A DNA stretch of 64,000 bases from Ignavibacteria bacterium. GTDB taxonomy: Bacteria > Bacteroidota > Ignavibacteria > SZUA-365. Below the pieces are notes generated by a model. That model was not told the DNA's origin. It saw only the letters and a list, made by a program, of their open reading frames with translations, and made no database searches. This document shows, in pieces, positions 17,321-24,895 of the stretch. Position 1 is the first letter of the stretch. Each line of letters begins with the position of its first letter. Location: assembly GCA_016720835.1 (NCBI GenBank), contig JADKJW010000009.1, positions 99,496-163,495 on the forward strand, given 5' to 3'. A program made the translations under genes and the position numbers.

Positions 17321-19459
17321 ATGAATCGTGTTGCATCCATTTCGATCCTGATCGTCGCCATCCTGGCATTGACGGTCCCGGGCGCGACCGCACAGATCCG
17401 TTCCGACACCCTCACCATCAGGCAGATCCAGGAAGTGCCCCTCGACTCGCTCAACGCGGGCAAGCAGAATTCCCCCGCGCTCGGTGACACCGTGACGGTG
17501 ACCGGCACCGTCATCGCCGCCCCGCGGGTGAGCCCCGGCGGTCCGATGCTCTTCGCGCTCAGCAACGCCGCGACGCTGTACATCGTGGACGAAGCGGGCG
17601 GGATCTGGAGCGGCCTCAACGTCCGCGCGACGGATACCGTTGCTTCATCGAGCACGCTCATCACCGCCGTCGACACGGGCTTCGTGGTGCGTTTCACCGG
17701 TGTCGTGACGCAGTACTTCACGACGACGCAGTTCGAAGTCGGCAAGATCGCGTCATGGAATGCGGACAAACAGGTGGAAATTCTCGACACGAAACTGCGC
17801 CGGCCGCAGCCGAACACCATCACGCTCGCGGATCTGGTGAAGGGCGATCCGAAAACCGGCATCCCTCTCGCGCAGCAGTGGGAAGGCGGCTACGTCGTCA
17901 TCAACAATCTCACGGTCGGAACCGTCACCAAGAACACGTCCACCGGCCGATACACCTGGACGGTTGCCGACGCGAACGGCAACTCCATCGGCGTGTACGA
18001 TCAGAGCAAGTATTTCCGCGGCGGCACGGACGCCATCGATCCGGCGTGGACGCCGCCGTCGCCCGGCACCGCGATACAGGCCATCCGTGGCATCATCACG
18101 AGTTCGGGCCAGGGCATCGTGATCGCGCCGATCTACCCCGGCGACATCCTCGTGGGCTCCTTCCCTCCGACGATCAGCAAGGTCGGGCGCACGCTCGGCA
18201 TCCCGAAGAGCAGCGAAAGCGTCAGCGTGAGCGCGACGATCGAAACCGGCCGTCCGGGCGGAACGATCAGTGAAGCGAAACTCGTGTACGGCATCGGCGC
18301 GGCGACCTCGGGCACGCTGGACATGGCCTACGACAGCGCCAGCAAGATCGGGACCGCCGTCATACCTCCGCTTCCGGACGGCGCCGTGGTGTGGTACTAT
18401 ATCACCGCCAGGGACAACTCGAACGAGAACGCCCAGTTCCCCGCCGACATCAGCAAGGCGCGGCCGTTCTACATCGTGCGCGACGGCAATGCGCGTATCC
18501 GCGACATCCAGTACACCCCGTACAGCGACGGCGTCCCGGGTTCGCTCGGCTTCACCGCCACCACGCGCGGCACCGTCACGGCGGCTGCGGATTCCACCTC
18601 CCTCGGCCTCGTCTTCATCCAGGACGACACGCAGCCGTGGAGCGGCATGATGGTGCGCGGCGACGCCAACGTCCGCGGCCTCAAGCTCGGCGATGACGTG
18701 ACGGTGATCGGCAAGGTTGCCGAAGGCTACAGCTCCTCGTCCAACGGCAACACGCTCCTGCTGGACGCGGCCATCGTGCAGAAGAACGGCAGCGCGGCGG
18801 TCCCGGCGCCGATCGCCCTGACGACCGGCGGATTCAAGACGGAATCCGTTACCGACGGCACGCCGTCGGCCGAGCAGTGGGAAGGCATGCTGGTGACGTT
18901 CTCGACGCTCAACGTGACCAAGAGCAACGCGGACGAGGCCACCGGCGGACGCTTCGGCGAGTTTCTCGTCAACGACGGCAGCGGCGACATGCGCGTGGAC
19001 GATTTCGGATCGTGGAAGACCGTCTACACGACGGACAGCCTCAAGACCAGCCTTCTCTACCTGAAAAAGGGCACCACCATCAGTTCGCTGACCGGCATCA
19101 TGTACTTCAACTTCGGCAACTACAAGCTCCAGCCGCGCAACGCGGGCGACTTCGGAAGCGTGACAGACGTGGCCACCACCCCGGGAACGCCCACGGGCTT
19201 CGCATTGCGGTCCGTGTACCCCAATCCGGCGACACTCGTGGGCGGCGCGGCCATCGTCTTTGACGTGCCCGAGCTTTCGCAGGTGCGCGTGGACGTGGTC
19301 GACGCGCTGGGTCGGCTCATCGCGACGCCCGCGACGGGCAGCTTCGCACCAGGATCGCATACCGCGCGCTTCGCGGCGCCGGGACGGGCGAGCGGCGTCT
19401 ACTTTGTGCGACTCCACGCGGGGAACGTCACGCTGACGCAGAAGCTGATCATTCACTGA
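17321..19459 (+). CDS. Secreted multi-module protein with T9SS C-terminal sorting domain
   Basis: GGAGA RBS 8 nt upstream. Signal peptide MNRVASISILIVAILALTVPGATAQ. C-terminus LRSVYPNPA...VFDVPELSQVRVDVVDALGRLI...GVYFVRLHAGNVTLTQKLIIH is a Por_Secre_tail pattern. Confidence 0.8.
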   Translation: MNRVASISILIVAILALTVPGATAQIRSDTLTIRQIQEVPLDSLNAGKQNSPALGDTVTVTGTVIAAPRVSPGGPMLFALSNAATLYIVDEAGGIWSGLNVRATDTVASSSTLITAVDTGFVVRFTGVVTQYFTTTQFEVGKIASWNADKQVEILDTKLRRPQPNTITLADLVKGDPKTGIPLAQQWEGGYVVINNLTVGTVTKNTSTGRYTWTVADANGNSIGVYDQSKYFRGGTDAIDPAWTPPSPGTAIQAIRGIITSSGQGIVIAPIYPGDILVGSFPPTISKVGRTLGIPKSSESVSVSATIETGRPGGTISEAKLVYGIGAATSGTLDMAYDSASKIGTAVIPPLPDGAVVWYYITARDNSNENAQFPADISKARPFYIVRDGNARIRDIQYTPYSDGVPGSLGFTATTRGTVTAAADSTSLGLVFIQDDTQPWSGMMVRGDANVRGLKLGDDVTVIGKVAEGYSSSSNGNTLLLDAAIVQKNGSAAVPAPIALTTGGFKTESVTDGTPSAEQWEGMLVTFSTLNVTKSNADEATGGRFGEFLVNDGSGDMRVDDFGSWKTVYTTDSLKTSLLYLKKGTTISSLTGIMYFNFGNYKLQPRNAGDFGSVTDVATTPGTPTGFALRSVYPNPATLVGGAAIVFDVPELSQVRVDVVDALGRLIATPATGSFAPGSHTARFAAPGRASGVYFVRLHAGNVTLTQKLIIH

Positions 19460-19473
19460 TCCCATCCTCGCGG

Positions 19474-19519
19474 GCGGGGAGCCGGGCGCACGCCCCGCTC
19501 CCCGCTTCGCGATTTTTTT
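19474..19519 (+). terminator. Rho-independent terminator
   Basis: GCGGGGAGC (19474-19482) pairs with GCTCCCCGC (19497-19505). A T7 run follows at 19513-19519. Confidence 0.65.
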
Positions 19520-19545
19520 CCCTCGACCTGACGGAGGATTCCCGC

Positions 19546-20076
19546 GTGAAGGCATTGCTGATTCTCTTCCTGATCCTTGGCACCGGCGTTGCCGGCGGCG
19601 GATGCGGCACGTGCAAGGACAGCGCCGCGAACGACGCGGGCGGAACACCCTTCATCATCGACCTTTCCAGCGGCGGGGGGTTTTCCGGCATGCACAGCGG
19701 GTTCACCATCAAATCGGATGGGAGTGTCCTGTACTGGCAGGGCATGTACGGCCGCAGGGAAGATGTGCGTCCGCTCGGATCGATGGATGCCGGCGAGATC
19801 CGTCGACTCAAGGCGCTGATCGACGAGCAGAAGCTCGCGTCGGTCCGGCACCGCGAGACCGGAAACATGACCACCTCCCTCAGCGTCGCCGAGGGAGAGC
19901 TGTTGTACACCATTTCCTGGCCGGGAATGACCGAGGATGCGTCCGACATTCCCGAGGCCGTACGGCCCGTGCACGCGGAATTGCAGCGGCTCCTGGCGTC
20001 CTTTCAGGAGAAGGCGATGAAAGAGCAGCAGAATGGCGGCCGGCGCGATCCGGTCTCTCCGCCCAAGGACAGGTAG
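19546..20076 (+). CDS. Small exported protein or lipoprotein upstream of the M4 protease; possible protease-inhibitor-like
   Basis: GTG start with GGAGGA 8 nt upstream. Leader MKALLILFLILGTGVAGGGC. No catalytic motifs. Contains an SSGGGFSG...SDGSV motif. Confidence 0.6.
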   Translation: MKALLILFLILGTGVAGGGCGTCKDSAANDAGGTPFIIDLSSGGGFSGMHSGFTIKSDGSVLYWQGMYGRREDVRPLGSMDAGEIRRLKALIDEQKLASVRHRETGNMTTSLSVAEGELLYTISWPGMTEDASDIPEAVRPVHAELQRLLASFQEKAMKEQQNGGRRDPVSPPKDR

Positions 20077-20153
20077 ATTCCCTGCACGTCCTTCGCCGCT
20101 CGCGGCGGCCGGAGCCTGACACACCCCACACGAGCATCCTTTTGGAGGCCTTC

Positions 20154-23100
20154 ATGCATACACTGATCCTGTCCCGCATCTCGAGAGTCGCGCAACGCGT
20201 GGCGTATCGTTCCGGAATCCTGCTGGCGCTGCTCGCCGTACTTCCGCTTGCGTCTGCCTTCGCGCAGGGCAACGGAAAAACCGCGTTCAAACAGCACGTG
20301 ATCGAAAGGCATCGCGACTTCACGGGCGCCGTCTCCGCCGAGAAGATCGCCGCGGTCGGCCGGACGTTTCAACGATGGGAGCAGAGCAATGCCGTGCTCG
20401 AACGGCGGCGGGAGTTGCGCGCGCAGCCAGGACTGACCATCGATCAGATTCTCGCCTACGACGAACTCGCCTCGCGCGTCACCGGATTCCATGTCGTGTG
20501 GGACGAAACGCACACCGTCCCGATATACATCGCGGGATTGCCGCTCTGCACGGGCGGTCAGAACGCCGCCTCGTCCGATGAAGCGGCAACGCTTCAACGA
20601 TTTTTCGCGTTGTACGGTCCCCTCCTCCGCATCGCGGACGGGACGCGCGAATTTCGCGTCACCGAACGCATCGTTTCGGAGGATGGCTCGTCGCATCTGC
20701 GTCTCGCGCAATACCGCGACGACATTCCCGTGTGGGAATCGCAGATCGTCCTGCAGGCCGACGCGCGCGGAAACGTGAGGCTCTTCATGGGCCGGTATAT
20801 TCCGACACCGGCATCTGATATCAACGCGTTCCCCGCCACGGGCGACCGTGAGGCGCTTGCGCTGTTCGCGAAATCCATCGGTCGACCGTTACCCCCATCC
20901 GGTGCATCGTCCGACCCGCTGTTCGAGGCTCCGGCGCCGTTCGCCGGGCGCGTGTGGTACGCGCCGTCGCCCCGCGTGCCGGCGCGCGCGGCCTACGCCG
21001 TCGAAATGCATCCGTCGCTCACGGAGCGCTGGCGCGGCGTGGTGGATGCGGCTTCGGGCGCGGTGCTGCGCTCGTACAACGCCGTCTGCAGCGACGGGCC
21101 GGAGAAGGCGTCCGCGAAGGATCTGAACAACGTGACGCGCAGCATCGACACCTATCTCAGCGGAGGCCGCTACTACATGATCGACGCGTCGCGGCCGATG
21201 TTCGATCCGGCGCGATCGACCATGCCCAGGGATCCCGCGGGCGGCATCGTCACCCTGGACGCGCGCAACACGGATCTGTCCAGCGTCGTGTACGTCACGT
21301 CCGCCGACAACACCTGGACCATCCCCGCCACCGTCTCCGCGCATTACAACGCCGCGGTGACCTACGAGTACTTCCGCGCGACGCACGGGCGCAGCGGCAT
21401 CGACGGCAACGGCGCGACCATCCTCTCCATCGTGAACGCCACGGAATCCGGCCAGGCGATGGAGAACGCGTACTGGAACGGGCGTTTCATGGTGTACGGC
21501 AACGGCGGCTCGCTGTTCAAGCCGTTCGCCGGTTCGCTCGACGTCGGCGCGCACGAGATGACGCACGGCGTGACGGAGCATTCCGCGGGCCTCCTCTACC
21601 TCAATCAGTCCGGCGCGCTGAACGAGGCGTTCTCCGACATCTTCGGCGCGATGGTGGACCGCGACGACTGGAAGCTGGGCGAGGACATCGTCATCGGCAC
21701 CGCGACCTTCCCCACCGGCGCGATGCGCGACCTGTCGGACCCGCACAACGGCACGAGCGCGGGCAGTCCGGCCTGGCAACCCAACCACATGCGCGAGTTC
21801 CAGGCGCTCCCGGAGAGTCAGGACAACGGCGGCGTGCACATCAACAGCGGCATTCCGAATCACGCCGCCTACCTGCTGTCGACCGCGATCACGCGGGAGA
21901 AGGCCGAGAGAATCCTCTACCGCGCGCTGACGACGAAGCTCACCACGCAATCGCAGTTCATCGATTTCCGCCTCGCGCTCGTGCGCAGCGCCGAAGAGCT
22001 GTACGGCGCGGGCGGCGCCGAGGTCGCGGCCTGCAAGAGCGCCTGCGACCAGGTCGGCATCACCGACGGCAACGGCACCAAGGATCCGCCGGATCTGCCG
22101 CCGGTCAACGCCGCGGATCGACTGCTCTTCGTCAGCACCGACGTGACCGATCCCTTTTTCCTGTGGACCGTGAATCCGCCCGCCGGACCGAGCGATTTCG
22201 CGGCGCTCTCGAAAACCGTGATCTTCGGCCGTCCCAGCGTGTCCGACGACGGCAGCATCGCGGTGTTCATCGACGGCGCGGGCGCCCTGCGCAGCATCGC
22301 GTTGAATCCCTCCGCGCCGAACGAGCAGGTGCTCGACACCAGCGCCGTCTGGGGTTCGGTCGCCCTCAGCCGCGACAAGCGCCTGATCGCGTTGACCACC
22401 TTTGCCGCGGAACCCGCCATCTACCTCTTCGATCTGGGCGGCCCCGTCGTCCTCGGAAAGCAGTTCGAGATCTACGCGCCCACGTACTCGGGCGGCAAGA
22501 TGTCCGACGTGGCGCAATTCGCCGACGCGATGGATTTCAGTGCGGACGGCGAGCGGCTGCTCTTCGACACCTACAATGAAGTGGACATCGCCGGCGAGAA
22601 AATCGGCTATTGGGAAATCAACCTCCTGGAGGCTTGGGACAAGGGGGGCAACACGTTCGGCTCCGGCGCGATCTACCGCATCTTCCCGCAGGAGACCGGA
22701 TACGATCTCGGAAATCCGAGCTTCGCGCGCACGAAACAGACCGTCTTCGCCTTCGACGTCTCCGATTCATACAGCTTGAGCGGATACGTGCTCGCGAGCG
22801 ACCTGTTGAAGGACGGCGCATCGCTGATCGCGGAGCTGCCGTACAATTCGCCCGGGTACCCGAACTACCGCGGGGACGACCGCGTCATCTCCTTCGCGGC
22901 GACGCCGCTGCACGGCGGCAACGGGGTGGACTCGGTGTACAACGTGCCGCTTGCCGCAGACGCCCTGACGCCCGCCGGTCCGCCCGCCGGGTTCATCCCC
23001 TCCGCGATGTTTCCCATCTGGTACCGCAACGGCGTACGGCCAACCGGTATCGCGCAACCATCCACCGTCCCGGCATCGTTGCAGCTGGCGCAGAATTACC

Positions 23101-23360
23101 CGAACCCCTTCGGCGCCGGCGCCGCATCCACCACCATCGCGTACGCATTGCCCGACACCCGCGACGTGCTGCTGACCGTGCATGACGCGATGGGGCGCAC
23201 CGTCAAGGTGCTTGCGCGTGGGCACGGCAACGCCGGGACGCACGCAGCCGTCTGGAACGGCACCGACGAACGCGGTCGCTCCTGCCCTGCCGGCGTGTAT
23301 CTGTGCAGGCTCGTCGCAGGCAGCCACACGGCCACCAGGACCATGCTGCTCGTCAAATGA
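20154..23360 (+). CDS. M4 (thermolysin-like) zinc metalloprotease fused to a beta-propeller-like region and a T9SS sorting domain
   Basis: GGAGG RBS. Signal peptide ...LLALLAVLPLASAFAQ. Propeptide-like region, then VGAHEMTHGV (HExxH) plus GALNEAFSDIFG (third zinc ligand Glu) and GGVHINSGIPNHA. About 400 aa follow with TolB/PD40-like strands. C-terminus NYPNPFG...LLTVHDAMGRTV...GVYLCRLVAGSHTATRTMLLVK. Confidence 0.9.
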   Translation: MHTLILSRISRVAQRVAYRSGILLALLAVLPLASAFAQGNGKTAFKQHVIERHRDFTGAVSAEKIAAVGRTFQRWEQSNAVLERRRELRAQPGLTIDQILAYDELASRVTGFHVVWDETHTVPIYIAGLPLCTGGQNAASSDEAATLQRFFALYGPLLRIADGTREFRVTERIVSEDGSSHLRLAQYRDDIPVWESQIVLQADARGNVRLFMGRYIPTPASDINAFPATGDREALALFAKSIGRPLPPSGASSDPLFEAPAPFAGRVWYAPSPRVPARAAYAVEMHPSLTERWRGVVDAASGAVLRSYNAVCSDGPEKASAKDLNNVTRSIDTYLSGGRYYMIDASRPMFDPARSTMPRDPAGGIVTLDARNTDLSSVVYVTSADNTWTIPATVSAHYNAAVTYEYFRATHGRSGIDGNGATILSIVNATESGQAMENAYWNGRFMVYGNGGSLFKPFAGSLDVGAHEMTHGVTEHSAGLLYLNQSGALNEAFSDIFGAMVDRDDWKLGEDIVIGTATFPTGAMRDLSDPHNGTSAGSPAWQPNHMREFQALPESQDNGGVHINSGIPNHAAYLLSTAITREKAERILYRALTTKLTTQSQFIDFRLALVRSAEELYGAGGAEVAACKSACDQVGITDGNGTKDPPDLPPVNAADRLLFVSTDVTDPFFLWTVNPPAGPSDFAALSKTVIFGRPSVSDDGSIAVFIDGAGALRSIALNPSAPNEQVLDTSAVWGSVALSRDKRLIALTTFAAEPAIYLFDLGGPVVLGKQFEIYAPTYSGGKMSDVAQFADAMDFSADGERLLFDTYNEVDIAGEKIGYWEINLLEAWDKGGNTFGSGAIYRIFPQETGYDLGNPSFARTKQTVFAFDVSDSYSLSGYVLASDLLKDGASLIAELPYNSPGYPNYRGDDRVISFAATPLHGGNGVDSVYNVPLAADALTPAGPPAGFIPSAMFPIWYRNGVRPTGIAQPSTVPASLQLAQNYPNPFGAGAASTTIAYALPDTRDVLLTVHDAMGRTVKVLARGHGNAGTHAAVWNGTDERGRSCPAGVYLCRLVAGSHTATRTMLLVK

Positions 23361-24895
23361 CGACGCGCATCCGCATACCGCATCCGGAATTTCGCGGCAG
23401 ACGCGCATTCCTGTGGCGCCTCCCGCTCCTTGCCGTGCTGGCGTTCGCCGCCTGCTGTGCGGGCGCCTGTTCCGACGCGCCCAGCGGCGCCGGGCACGGG
23501 AATCTCGCGCCGGAGACGCATCTCGCGCTGCTGCCCGACTCCGCCCTCCGCACCACGACAAGCAGGCAGCACATGCACTGGTGGGGCGATGATCCCGACG
23601 GCTTCGTCGCGGGGTACTTCTTCAGCTTTGACGGCGTGACGTGGACCTTCACCACGAAAACCGACAGCATCTTTTCGCTCACCCTCCGGGGCACGGACAC
23701 CACCTACCACTTTGCCGTACGCGCCGTCGATACGCAGGGCAACGGCGTGCACGACGCGAACGGACCGTACGGCGCGGAACCGTTCACCGACGCCAACGGC
23801 AACGGCCGTCACGATGCGGGCGAGGCATTCACCGACTTCGGTCTGTGGGATCCCACACCCGCGACGCTGGGCTATCCCATCACCAACACCCCTCCGGTGG
23901 TCGCGTTCGTCAAGGGATCCGATGTCCCGGAAAGCACGTTCACGGTCGCCTCCTTCACCTGGGTCGGCACCGACCTGGACGGCGATGAAAGCATCGCCGA
24001 ATACCGGTACGCGCTGAACGACACCGCCAGCGCCACGGCATGGAAGCGCCTGCCCCGCGCGCAGACCTTCCTCACGCTCACCGCGAAGGACGGGATCATT
24101 TCGGGCAACAACGTCTTTTATCTGAGAGCCGTCGATATCGCGGGGGCGGAAAGCAGAACCATCCGCATGCCCGCGGAAGGCGGCACCTGGCACGTCCGCA
24201 TCCCGAAAACGGACCTCCTCATCGTGGACGATTACGGTCCGACGGACGACACGCCCGCCTTCTATCGTGGCATCGTCGACACGCTGCTCGGCGGGCGCTT
24301 CCGCGGCGCGGATGTCTTCGACATCAAGGCGGGCGCCTCGTCCACCTCGAAAGGCCGCTTCGTCCCGCCCTTCGTCAATCCGACCTTCACCGAAACGCTC
24401 AAGCTGTTCACGCACGTGCTCTGGTACTGCGACAACAATCCGACCATCGACGTGGCGCAGATCTCGCTCGCGCCCTATCAGCAGAGCGGCGGCCATGTGC
24501 TGTACACCGCGTCCTTCCCCGAAAGCGCGCTCGATCCGCGCGGAGGCATCACCGATTACGCTCCGGTGGACAGCCTCACGCCGCAGTCGATCACGTTTGT
24601 CCCCGCGAACACCCGCCTCGAAGCGCACGCGGAATCGCCGGGCTATCCCGTGCTCACGCGCGACACGAAGGGCACGCCCGTCGCCTTCATCCGCGGATTA
24701 TACCGCAAGATCAACGCCGCGAACATGTACGTGCTCGGCGCCGATCCGCGCTGGAGCGGCAATCCCGTCGTCGCCGTGCGCAGCGGCGACCGCCGCTTCG
24801 TCATGTTCGCCATTCCGCTGCACCGTTTCGACGGCGCGGGCAACGCGGGCGCGGTGATCCGGCAGGTGTTCGAACAGGAATTCGGAGTGCGATGA
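23357..24895 (+). CDS. Hypothetical lipoprotein, first gene of the coupled outer-membrane block
   Basis: ATG 23357 overlaps the protease TGA (ATGA). Leader RLPLLAVLAFAACCAGAC|S. DANGNGRHDAGE Ca-loop-like motif. No known catalytic motif. Confidence 0.65.
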   Translation: MTTRIRIPHPEFRGRRAFLWRLPLLAVLAFAACCAGACSDAPSGAGHGNLAPETHLALLPDSALRTTTSRQHMHWWGDDPDGFVAGYFFSFDGVTWTFTTKTDSIFSLTLRGTDTTYHFAVRAVDTQGNGVHDANGPYGAEPFTDANGNGRHDAGEAFTDFGLWDPTPATLGYPITNTPPVVAFVKGSDVPESTFTVASFTWVGTDLDGDESIAEYRYALNDTASATAWKRLPRAQTFLTLTAKDGIISGNNVFYLRAVDIAGAESRTIRMPAEGGTWHVRIPKTDLLIVDDYGPTDDTPAFYRGIVDTLLGGRFRGADVFDIKAGASSTSKGRFVPPFVNPTFTETLKLFTHVLWYCDNNPTIDVAQISLAPYQQSGGHVLYTASFPESALDPRGGITDYAPVDSLTPQSITFVPANTRLEAHAESPGYPVLTRDTKGTPVAFIRGLYRKINAANMYVLGADPRWSGNPVVAVRSGDRRFVMFAIPLHRFDGAGNAGAVIRQVFEQEFGVR

